From NCBI GenBank assembly GCA_049966395.1, contig JBMFUT010000018.1, positions 1-14,173 of the forward strand: a stretch of 14,173 nucleotides of DNA, in the 5' to 3' direction. Position numbers and translations under genes: made by a program. The stretch is from Candidatus Micrarchaeia archaeon. GTDB lineage: Archaea > Micrarchaeota > Micrarchaeia > Micrarchaeales > CABMGC01. The notes below the pieces were generated by a model. That model did no database searches and had not been told where the DNA came from. It saw only the letters and a program-made list of their open reading frames with translations. Positions 6,756 to 14,173 of the stretch are shown one piece after another (within the stretch, counting starts at the first letter, position 1; each line of letters starts with the position of its first letter).

Positions 6756-7454
6756 CTAAGGTGCTTGGGATTTCCCATTAGCATTGCCAACCTGGCGCTT
6801 GCCGCGGAAGTTTTCCTTCATGAAAGCGAGACCTTCTTTGTTCCCTGACTTAGTGAAGCTATCCAAAGACTCGCGCTCCTCATATTCGAATACAACCCAC
6901 GTGCTGTTTGGGACTTCAACAGCATAGACATCTGGCTTGATTATTGACTGTGGTTTTGAAACTATAGTGCATGTCACTATCTTGGCGTCTGTCGACTTCC
7001 TGAGCGCATCGTATACCTTGCTCAGCGTCTTTCCAGAATCGGTTATGTCGTCAACAAGAAGCACTGTACTTGCATTGCGCACTTTTGGAACTGCGCCTAT
7101 GCTCACGCTTCTTGATGGCTTTTCTATATCAGAATAGTAGCTTGCGTTTACGCCTTGCATGCGCTTGACGCCGAGCTTGTCGCTGAGTAGCCGGGCTATT
7201 ACCATACCTCCCCTTTCTATATAGATGATTTCGTCAGGAATGCCGTATTTTTCTGATATTTCCTTGGCCATTATTTCGGCATATTCGTTCATGTTTTCAA
7301 AACTGAGCTTGACAAATTTTTTCTTGCTCTTGTCGAAGTCATCGTAATCAGACAGCTTGGCGTTCGGAAGCTTTCTCGAGGCGCTTAGGTATTCGCCCCT
7401 AGCAAACGACTCATTTGTCAACTGCGGCTTTTTTTGCCTTTCCGCCCCGCCCAT
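6756..7454 (-). CDS. Type I phosphoribosyltransferase, probably of the purine salvage (hypoxanthine/xanthine-guanine) type
   Basis: IERGGMVIARLLSDKLG, PRPP loop VLLVDDITDSGKTL, PDVY and WVVFEYE. ATG 7454 is preferred over 7469 because the TATA box at 7475-7483 lies too close to 7469. Confidence 0.88.
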   Translation of the reverse strand: MGGAERQKKPQLTNESFARGEYLSASRKLPNAKLSDYDDFDKSKKKFVKLSFENMNEYAEIMAKEISEKYGIPDEIIYIERGGMVIARLLSDKLGVKRMQGVNASYYSDIEKPSRSVSIGAVPKVRNASTVLLVDDITDSGKTLSKVYDALRKSTDAKIVTCTIVSKPQSIIKPDVYAVEVPNSTWVVFEYEERESLDSFTKSGNKEGLAFMKENFRGKRQVGNANGKSQAP

Positions 7455-7474
7455 AATATATATAGACATGCTCG

Positions 7475-7490
7475 TTTTAAAAATTTTTTC
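7475..7490 (-). promoter_or_regulatory. Putative BRE/TATA promoter for the PRTase
   Basis: The minus strand reads GAAAAAATTTTTAAAA, centred about 25 nt upstream of ATG 7454, which is leaderless-type spacing. Confidence 0.6.
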
Positions 7491-7557
7491 ATGCCAGGCT
7501 TGTTTTACAATAGCGTCGCATGTGGAGTTGCAATGCCGGCCTTACAACCACTAGTGG

Positions 7558-9810
7558 TCATTGTTTCTTGTTCTTCTTGCTTCCTGATATTGGAACCGTG
7601 AACCAGAATTCGCTCCCCTTTCCGGGCTCAGAATTTACCCATATCCTCCCGCCGTGAAGTGCTATTATCTCTTTTGCTATAGAAAGGCCAAGACCTGTGC
7701 CCGCCCCCTCCTGCTTTGTAAGCCCTTTTTTCTGCACCTGGTAGAACTTCTTGAAAAGTTTCTTCTGGTCTTCCTTGCTTATGCCTATGCCTGTGTCTTT
7801 AACCATTACCCTTACGTTTTTGCCCTTCCTGTAGACGTTCACGCTTATTCCGCCATGCTCAGTGAACTTTATAGAATTGCCTATCAGGTTGACAAGCACT
7901 TGTATTATTCTATTTGGATCGGCAAGTACCTCAGGAACGTTGTAGTCCACGTTCCACGAGAACATGAGACCTTTGTTTCGCGCAACTTCTGCTAGTGATC
8001 TTATGCTCGGATTTTCCCCAAGCTTCGTGAAATTTACCTGTTGCAAGTCCAATTTTATTTTTCCAGAGGATAGCTTTGCAACGTCGAGTATTTGCTGTAT
8101 GAGTTGCATCAGCCTGTCGGCCTCGTCAAGTATTATCTTTAGGTATTCCTTCTGCTCGTCGCTGACGCTGCCGAATGATCCGCCAAGCATGAGCTTGGAG
8201 AAGCCTTTTATGTTTGTTATTGGTGTCTTGAGGTCGTGGGATATGTTATATATGAATTGCGTTTTCAGGTCACTCTCGCTCATTGCATTTTTAAGGTTTC
8301 TGGCAAGTTTCTCGTTGTCTTCGTAAAGCTGTTCCATGCGCCTTTTTGTGGCTAGCTCCTTTATTGTTATTATGTAACCTGAAAGTTTGCCATTTTCATC
8401 TATTACCCTCCTGACGCTCTGCTCTGATGGAATCGGATCCTCTTCGCCTTTTGCAACCAGGTTTGCAAATATGTTGCCGACGAATCCTTCTTTCCTGGCT
8501 ATGCTGAGGGCACCATTGATGCGATTCTGGCTGTCGGCATCAGAGTATAGCAGGGAGAATGCGCTACCTTGGAGCTCACTTGCCTTTACATGAAACAGGT
8601 TTTCTGCAGATTTGTTTGCACTTTCTATGTAGCCAAGCTCGTTTATTGATATTACTGCATCCCCTGACAACGAAACGAACTCGCTCAGAGAATTCTCCAT
8701 GTTCTTTGTATATGCATATCTGGAATTGTTTTCCAATATGCAGGAAATTCCACCATCGCTGTTGCGGAATGCGGTAATCCTTACTTCGACCTCAATGTTG
8801 TTGTCAAATATGATTTTGTTTGCTCCGCTGTATTCGCCGGAAGCGCCGTTTATTGCCTGCACCATTTCTTCTAGCCCAGACTTGTTTGCTATTATCTCGC
8901 TGAACTTCTTACCGAGAAGGTCTATAGAACTGTAGTTGAGCACTTTGCCTATGTTGGCGCTTGCCCATTTTATATTATAATTTTTGTCAATTGTTATAAG
9001 AGCCTCGTTCTTGCTATGCTCAAAAATCTTAGATTGATCTATTAGCATTTTTAATTCTGTTATATCTAAGGCAGATATGTGCACTAGGCTGCTGCTTACC
9101 TCGCTTCCTGAGATCCTGAAAACCCTGATTGGAGGAACCGCAGAATTTGCTTCTATTACTGCGCCTTTTTTAATGTTTTCTATGGCATCTGGGCCGATGG
9201 CGAATGCGGAATTTATATTCATGCCAACTATGCTCTTTGAGCTCTTGTCTAGGGCCATCACCATTGCCTTATTGACCTTGACAAAAATGCCCGAGCTGTC
9301 TACAAGAGCCTGTGGCACAGCGCTGCTGAATGCCGCATCGAAGTATTTGGCAAGGCGCGTGCTCTTTTCCTTCTCCATCTTGGCTAGAAGCTGGTATCCG
9401 AATATGTTTGAGACAGTAGAAAGCGCATCTGACGTCTCTGGGCTGAAACTGTTTTCATTCTTAGAGAGCAGAGTTATTATGCCTATAGCCTTGCCTCCTG
9501 GCGCAATGGGGAGCACAGCACAGCTTTTGAAACCTGAATTATAGTAGTTTATTAGTTCGGCAAAAGCGGAATATCCGCTTAGTCTGTTGTCTACGTATGG
9601 CCTGTTTGTATTTATAGCGTATTCTTCAACTTGCGTTATTCCGTCCTTTCTGCCTAGCACTCTTGCACGGGTTTCGTCTACGCCGAAAGTGTCTTTTATC
9701 TCGATGCCGAATCTCTCTACAAAATCATCAGGATTTTGAAGCCTTGCATCAAAATCAAAAAGGGCGAGTAATAGCTTATTTAGGGCGGCGTTCTCTACCA
9801 TGCAAACCAT
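7558..9810 (-). CDS. Soluble sensor histidine kinase GAF-PAS-PAS-PAS-HisKA-HATPase
   Basis: H-box ISHDLKTPIT, N-box QVLVNLIGNSIKF, G1 DTGIGI, F-box LFKKFYQ and G2 GAGTGLGL. GAF motif GFKSCAVLPIAPGGKAIGIITL. Three PAS-like starts (LVDSSGIFVKVN, TIDKNYNIKWAS, SINELGYIESAN). No TM helix is evident. The start may instead be 9801. Confidence 0.95.
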   Translation of the reverse strand: MVCMVENAALNKLLLALFDFDARLQNPDDFVERFGIEIKDTFGVDETRARVLGRKDGITQVEEYAINTNRPYVDNRLSGYSAFAELINYYNSGFKSCAVLPIAPGGKAIGIITLLSKNENSFSPETSDALSTVSNIFGYQLLAKMEKEKSTRLAKYFDAAFSSAVPQALVDSSGIFVKVNKAMVMALDKSSKSIVGMNINSAFAIGPDAIENIKKGAVIEANSAVPPIRVFRISGSEVSSSLVHISALDITELKMLIDQSKIFEHSKNEALITIDKNYNIKWASANIGKVLNYSSIDLLGKKFSEIIANKSGLEEMVQAINGASGEYSGANKIIFDNNIEVEVRITAFRNSDGGISCILENNSRYAYTKNMENSLSEFVSLSGDAVISINELGYIESANKSAENLFHVKASELQGSAFSLLYSDADSQNRINGALSIARKEGFVGNIFANLVAKGEEDPIPSEQSVRRVIDENGKLSGYIITIKELATKRRMEQLYEDNEKLARNLKNAMSESDLKTQFIYNISHDLKTPITNIKGFSKLMLGGSFGSVSDEQKEYLKIILDEADRLMQLIQQILDVAKLSSGKIKLDLQQVNFTKLGENPSIRSLAEVARNKGLMFSWNVDYNVPEVLADPNRIIQVLVNLIGNSIKFTEHGGISVNVYRKGKNVRVMVKDTGIGISKEDQKKLFKKFYQVQKKGLTKQEGAGTGLGLSIAKEIIALHGGRIWVNSEPGKGSEFWFTVPISGSKKNKKQ

Positions 9811-9824
9811 ATATATCTAGTTGA

Positions 9825-9841
9825 GAAAGTATAAAAAATAT
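9825..9841 (+). promoter_or_regulatory. Putative BRE/TATA element in the 57-bp divergent gap between the kinase and fibrillarin
   Basis: GAAAGTATAAAAAATAT lies about 30 nt before ATG 9868. The opposite strand reads TTTTTATA about 20-27 nt before kinase ATG 9810. Confidence 0.55.
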
Positions 9842-9867
9842 TTACAAGAAATATCAATGGGTATTTT

Positions 9868-10548
9868 ATGGATTCGAATCACAGGGTGGAGGAAATTTTC
9901 AAAAACGTATTCAAAGTAGATGGCATGCTTGCCACAAAAAGCATCGCCCCAGGCACAAGGGTTTATGGCGAAGAAGTAGTAAGCATAGGCGGCAGCGAAT
10001 ACAGGATATGGAACCCTTACAGGAGCAAACTTGCTGCAGCAATATTGAAAGGCATGAAGCACTTTTATTTCGAGGATAATTCAAAGGTTCTTTATCTTGG
10101 AGCTGCGACAGGCACAACATGTAGTCACGTTAGCGATATCATAAGTAAAGGTGTCCTAAATTGCGTTGAGATTTCAGAAAGGAGCATGAGAGAGCTGCTG
10201 AAAGTATGCGAAAAAAGGGAAAACATGCTGCCATTCATGTGCGACGCTCGTAATGTTGATGCGTATGAGAAAGACGTGGGAAGGGTAGACATAATATACC
10301 AAGACGTTTCGGCAAGGGACCAGGCAGACATACTTGTAAGGAATAGCAGGCTTCTTCGCGGGAATGGCAAGGCGTATGTTGCTATAAAATCCCAAAGTAT
10401 AGATATATCGAAAAAGCCGAAAGAGGTTTATGACAAGTTCATAGATGATGTAAGTAGTGTTTTTAAGCTTGTTGAAAAGATAGATATAATGCCGTATGAC
10501 AAAATGCACCTTTTCGTGGTGCTTGAAAAAAGGCAATTTGATGGCTGA
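9868..10548 (+). CDS. flpA: Fibrillarin-like rRNA/tRNA 2'-O-methyltransferase
   Basis: VYGE, EYRIWNPYRSKLAAAI, VLYLGAATGTTCSHVSDI, DAR, DIIYQDV..DQA, AIKSQSID and PYDKMH all match archaeal fibrillarin motifs. Confidence 0.97.
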   Translation: MDSNHRVEEIFKNVFKVDGMLATKSIAPGTRVYGEEVVSIGGSEYRIWNPYRSKLAAAILKGMKHFYFEDNSKVLYLGAATGTTCSHVSDIISKGVLNCVEISERSMRELLKVCEKRENMLPFMCDARNVDAYEKDVGRVDIIYQDVSARDQADILVRNSRLLRGNGKAYVAIKSQSIDISKKPKEVYDKFIDDVSSVFKLVEKIDIMPYDKMHLFVVLEKRQFDG

Positions 10549-11344
10549 ATCAGATTATGTGAAATTTCTTGAGGACAATCCTTCAAGGGTGCTTCGCTGC
10601 GCGTACTGCGGCGAAGAGGTCAAGGCGTATGATAGTGAGGCAATTTGCCAGTTCTGCGGCATGCCGGCAAGCCTCGCAGATGAGGAATTGAAAACAGAGA
10701 GCAATGTTTACGATCTCCTTCTCAAAATGCAGGAGGCTCTCAGAAATGGGAATTACGCTTCTGTTATATCATACAGCGAGGAAATGCTAAATTCCGAAAA
10801 AAACGCTGAAAATTACTTTAGTGCTGGGATATTTTACAGCGCGGTTTCAGACTACCTTTACAGCAAAGTTGATTATAACACTTATGGCTACATGGAAGAC
10901 AACGCTGCCAACAAGGCAAAGGCAAAGGAATTCACTACAAAGGCGAAGCAGTACTTCTATGCCGCACTGAAAATGTGTGACAGCAGCCCCTCAAACAACT
11001 TCGAGTACACCTACCTGAAGTTTGTCATACAGCTCAAGATGAAAAGATTTGCGGATGCAAAAAAATCGCTTGACGCTGTGAACAAAAGCAACGGCACAAA
11101 GCTTGCTAAGGATTATGCAAACTTGGCTTTCTACGTGGAAGATGGAATGCTTAAAGACGCCAAAGCCTATCTGAAAAAAATGCCAAAATACAAAGACGTT
11201 GCAATATCTTATTACGTGGCTAAGCTAAACGCCAAAAGCGGCAACATTGGCCAGGCCAAGCGCATGCTCGAAAAGATAGTCAATTCGGTGCAGATGCCAA
11301 AGGCGCAAAAGCTGCTGGGCGAGATAGAGCAGCTAAACATCTAG
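10541..11344 (+). CDS. Hypothetical protein with N-terminal C4 zinc ribbon and TPR-like helical repeats
   Basis: CAYC-x12-CQFC is followed by Ala/Tyr/Lys-rich helical repeats (AISYYVAKLNAKSGNIGQAKRMLEK). ATG 10541 overlaps the end of fibrillarin by 8 nt and is preferred over 10496. Confidence 0.78.
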   Translation: MAESDYVKFLEDNPSRVLRCAYCGEEVKAYDSEAICQFCGMPASLADEELKTESNVYDLLLKMQEALRNGNYASVISYSEEMLNSEKNAENYFSAGIFYSAVSDYLYSKVDYNTYGYMEDNAANKAKAKEFTTKAKQYFYAALKMCDSSPSNNFEYTYLKFVIQLKMKRFADAKKSLDAVNKSNGTKLAKDYANLAFYVEDGMLKDAKAYLKKMPKYKDVAISYYVAKLNAKSGNIGQAKRMLEKIVNSVQMPKAQKLLGEIEQLNI

Positions 11345-11761
11345 CACTACCGTTGCAACGAAACCCCTTCCAGTATTGGACAATTTGAACATGTGCATTG
11401 ACACGCCTTTCACATCAGTGTCTAAATCGTACTTTTCGCTTATGCGATCGCCGTATGCTGTGCAGTCGAGCTCCCATTTTCCGTTTCCTTTTATGCTTAT
11501 TTCAAATTTTCCGAAAAGCAGGCGCTGCGCATCCTTGTAGAAGATAATTTTGTTTAGGAAGCCGAAAAGGAGATATTCCGGGCTCTGGGCAGTTATCCTT
11601 ATCCTTCTGGAGAATTTGGGTTTTATTTTCTTTGGATCATTGACCATAACACTTGTAAGAGCCTCTCCACATGACTTGAAAAGGTCTTCTATTTTTCTTC
11701 CGCTGGCCTCGAAAGCCACATCTGCGAGGGCTATGCCCTCTATGAACTTATAGCTCAACAA
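11333..11761 (-). CDS. Archease (RtcB activator)
   Basis: YKF..ADVAFEASG, LLF.FLNKIIFYKD, DVKGVSMH and the terminal VVLDV. It lies directly downstream of rtcB and has a TTG start at 11761 or 11758. Confidence 0.93.
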   Translation of the reverse strand: MLSYKFIEGIALADVAFEASGRKIEDLFKSCGEALTSVMVNDPKKIKPKFSRRIRITAQSPEYLLFGFLNKIIFYKDAQRLLFGKFEISIKGNGKWELDCTAYGDRISEKYDLDTDVKGVSMHMFKLSNTGRGFVATVVLDV

Positions 11762-11762
11762 A

Positions 11763-13265
11763 TCAGCCCTTCACGTTTGCTATGGGCCTGAGCTTCAGCA
11801 CCTTTAGGCTTATGCCTGATGAATGCATAGAATCTACAACTTCGTTTATGTCCTTGTATGAAAATCCTGCCTCTTCTGCTAGGCCCGACATTGTAGTTGC
11901 TTTAACATATATTCCCCTAGCCAGCATGTCCTTCTGTAGCTCTTCTCCCCTTACCATCTTTTTAGCCTTTGACCTGCTCATTGTCCTGCCACTGCCATGA
12001 AGGGTAGTGCCAAACGTGTCCTCCTCTGCCTTCTTTGTGCCAACGCACAAAAATGAGCCTGTTTCCATGCTTCCGCCTACTATCACTGGTTGCCCGGTGG
12101 ATCTGAAAATCTGCGCAAGCTCTGGATTGCCAGGGCCGAAGCTCCTTGTTGCGCCCTTCCTGTGCACTATTACATTGCGCTGCTTGCCGTCTACGGCGTG
12201 CTTTTCTATGCTCGCAGTATTGTGTGCTACGTCGTATATCACTTCCATCTGCATATCTTCAGCGCTGCGTCCAAATGTCTTCTCGAATGCCTTACGTATT
12301 TGGTAAGTTATGAGCTGCCTATTCATGTAGGAAAAATTGATTGCTGAAGACATTGCCTTTATGTAGTTCTGGCCCTCCTCGGAGGAAATCTGCGCGTATG
12401 CAAGTTGCCTGTCGAGCACTTTTATGTTATTTCTTTCCATTGACTTGGCAAAAACCTCCAGATAGTCGGTGCACACTTGGTGGCCGAATCCCCTCGATCC
12501 GGTGTGCACCATAATGCATACCTGGTTTTCTATTTCCCCAAGCCCCCATTTTTTGGCAGTTTCCGCGTCGAATACCTTGTCTATCACTTGTATTTCCAAG
12601 TAGTGATTGCCTGAACCTAAAGTGCCAAGCTGGTTTTTGCCCCTGCTGTATGCGCTTTTGCTCACTTTTGAAAAGTCTGCATCTGCAGATTGCCCATGCC
12701 TTTCTATGCGCTCCACGTCGCTCTTCCATGCATAGCCGTTTCTCAATGCCCAGCCTACCCCTTCTTCTACTATTTCCCTAAAGGTACCTTCAGGAATGCG
12801 TGATATTTCTTTTGGTTCTTGGTAAGAAGTTGCACCAACCCCTGCGGGGACCATCTTGAAAAGAGTGTCTGTAAGCTCTCTTACCTTTGGCTTCACCTCG
12901 TCAAAGGTCATGTTGGTTTTTATTAGCCTCATTCCGCAGCCTATGTCGAAGCCTATCGCGCCCGGGGATATTATGCCGCCGTCCAGATCGAAAGCACCAG
13001 CCCATCCCACCGGAACGCCATAGCCAGAATGGCCGTCGCTGAACACATATGAATACTTAAGCAGCCCTGGAAGTGTAGAGGCGTTGCTTGCCTGATCGAA
13101 AACTTCCAAGTCCATCTGGTTAAGCAGCTTTTGCGTGGCGTATATTCTTACAGGTACGCGCATGCCTTCCTTGAAGCTTGTAGGTATCTCCCACAGATTT
13201 TCTGCGACCTTCTTGAACTCTGGCTTTGCGAACTCTTTGTCACTAAATGGCATTTGCTCATCCAT
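11763..13265 (-). CDS. rtcB: RtcB RNA/tRNA-splicing ligase
   Basis: DGHSGYG, GFDIGCGMR, QLGTLGSGNHYLE, VHTGSRGFGH, YDVAHN, VHRKGATR, GGSM, HGSGR (guanylylated His), EEA..YK and terminal VKG. No intein is present. Confidence 0.98.
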   Translation of the reverse strand: MDEQMPFSDKEFAKPEFKKVAENLWEIPTSFKEGMRVPVRIYATQKLLNQMDLEVFDQASNASTLPGLLKYSYVFSDGHSGYGVPVGWAGAFDLDGGIISPGAIGFDIGCGMRLIKTNMTFDEVKPKVRELTDTLFKMVPAGVGATSYQEPKEISRIPEGTFREIVEEGVGWALRNGYAWKSDVERIERHGQSADADFSKVSKSAYSRGKNQLGTLGSGNHYLEIQVIDKVFDAETAKKWGLGEIENQVCIMVHTGSRGFGHQVCTDYLEVFAKSMERNNIKVLDRQLAYAQISSEEGQNYIKAMSSAINFSYMNRQLITYQIRKAFEKTFGRSAEDMQMEVIYDVAHNTASIEKHAVDGKQRNVIVHRKGATRSFGPGNPELAQIFRSTGQPVIVGGSMETGSFLCVGTKKAEEDTFGTTLHGSGRTMSRSKAKKMVRGEELQKDMLARGIYVKATTMSGLAEEAGFSYKDINEVVDSMHSSGISLKVLKLRPIANVKG

Positions 13266-13302
13266 TATAATTTATCATAAAAGCATTTATCATTTGAGCG
13301 GT

Positions 13303-13707
13303 TTAGAGCTCCTTTGTAGAAACGTCTGCAGGCTTGTTCTCGTACTTTGAAATCGCCTCCCTGACGGCTCTCATGAAAAGAGTTGCGCAATGCATCCTTC
13401 CAGGGCCGGGGTCTATCCCTATCATGCTTATAACTCTTTCCTTTCCTATTTTTTCTATTTCTGAAATCGACATGCCTTTTATGCTTGACGAGACAATGCT
13501 GGCGCTTCCTATGCTTATTGCGCAGCCACTCCCATCGAATTTGACATCGGTGAGCTTTCCGTCAACTATCTTTAGGTAGACTGTCATCTCGTCGCCGCAA
13601 GAGGTATTTTCCTCATGAACGCTTACCGTCGGGTGCTCCATCTTGCCCCTGTTCTGCGGTTTCTCGTAATTCTCAAGCAGAGACTCAGCATAGATATCCA
13701 GAGCCAT
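13303..13707 (-). CDS. Fe-S cluster scaffold / sulfur-transfer protein, IscU/SufU (NifU-N) family
   Basis: Y.KPQNRG, NTSCGDEM, GSGCAISIGSAS and RMHCATL; all three conserved Cys and the Asp are present. Confidence 0.93.
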   Translation of the reverse strand: MALDIYAESLLENYEKPQNRGKMEHPTVSVHEENTSCGDEMTVYLKIVDGKLTDVKFDGSGCAISIGSASIVSSSIKGMSISEIEKIGKERVISMIGIDPGPGRMHCATLFMRAVREAISKYENKPADVSTKEL

Positions 13708-13716
13708 ATAGTCATC

Positions 13717-14148
13717 TCATATCTTTCCTTCCAGCTTTAGCCGGGTATGTTCCTTCATCATGCATCTGTTCTCTATAAACATCAGGCCGTGCGAAACTGC
13801 GTAACTTTCGGCATCGGTACTAAAGATGCCTTCTTGCAGCCATAGGACCTTGGCAGCTATGTCGACAGCCTGCTTTGCTATGTCCAACGCTTCTGAAGAT
13901 GGCCTGAAAACGTCTACAACTTCTACACCCAGACCCTTTGTCTCCTCTAGAGATTTGTACGCCTTTTCGCCCAGTATTTCTTCAGCGTATGGGTTTACCG
14001 GTATTATCTTGTAACCTTCGTTCTGCAGGTATTCAGGGACGTCGTGGCTTGGCTTGCCTACTGTCCTAGAGCACCCCACTACAGCAATTGTGTGGAAGCC
14101 CTTCAGTATTTTTATAGCGTCGGCCTCCTTAGAGTCGTAGCCGTACAT
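13717..14148 (-). CDS. CoA-binding protein (YccU-like)
   Basis: TIAVVGCS...KPS..V..YLQ..GYKIIPVNP, VVDVFRPS, VLWLQEGI and NRCM. Confidence 0.93.
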   Translation of the reverse strand: MYGYDSKEADAIKILKGFHTIAVVGCSRTVGKPSHDVPEYLQNEGYKIIPVNPYAEEILGEKAYKSLEETKGLGVEVVDVFRPSSEALDIAKQAVDIAAKVLWLQEGIFSTDAESYAVSHGLMFIENRCMMKEHTRLKLEGKI

Positions 14149-14155
14149 TGGTCAA

Positions 14156-14162
14156 TCCTCCT
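14156..14162 (-). promoter_or_regulatory. Shine-Dalgarno site of the CoA-binding protein gene
   Basis: The minus strand reads AGGAGGA, with the GGAGG core 8 nt before ATG 14148. It probably sits within the end of an upstream gene (IDWKED*, TGA at 14152-14154). Confidence 0.6.
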
Positions 14163-14173
14163 TCCAATCTATC

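Noticed and set aside
7547..7558. Perfect 12-bp palindrome ACCACTAGTGGT at the kinase stop codon
   Set aside because: A few 12-bp palindromes are expected by chance in 14 kb, and no second copy was seen.
7654..9544. Plus-strand ORFs antisense to the kinase, including the 155-aa ORF at 9077
   Set aside because: They are mirror-frame artefacts with no motifs or expression signals.
10496..10540. Longer N-terminus for the Zn-ribbon/TPR ORF
   Set aside because: It would overlap fibrillarin by 53 nt; ATG 10541 gives a typical short coupling overlap.

Overview
Gene-dense archaeal chromosome segment, most likely DPANN/Micrarchaeota-like. This placement is inferred from fibrillarin, archease, a 'AQSAxEYLxTYGW' pilin, a LamG-type C-terminus and BRE/TATA promoters. 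From left to right it holds: the 3' end of a LamG-like surface protein missed by the ORF track, a TPR-AAA+ ATPase coupled to RNase HI, a type IV pilin-like gene, a small Lys-rich ORF, an S66 (LD-carboxypeptidase/MccF family) peptidase, an unusual wHTH-REC-degenerate GGDEF response regulator, a membrane-anchored glycoprotein, a purine-type PRTase, a soluble GAF-PAS-PAS-PAS histidine kinase, fibrillarin coupled to a Zn-ribbon/TPR protein, and a minus-strand run read as CoA-binding protein, IscU/SufU, RtcB, archease. I saw no tRNA, rRNA, CRISPR array or mobile element. The best candidate for a new system is the split two-component pair, whose regulator carries a GGDEF-derived domain, which is rare in archaea. 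All calls come from motif reading by eye; no searches were run.
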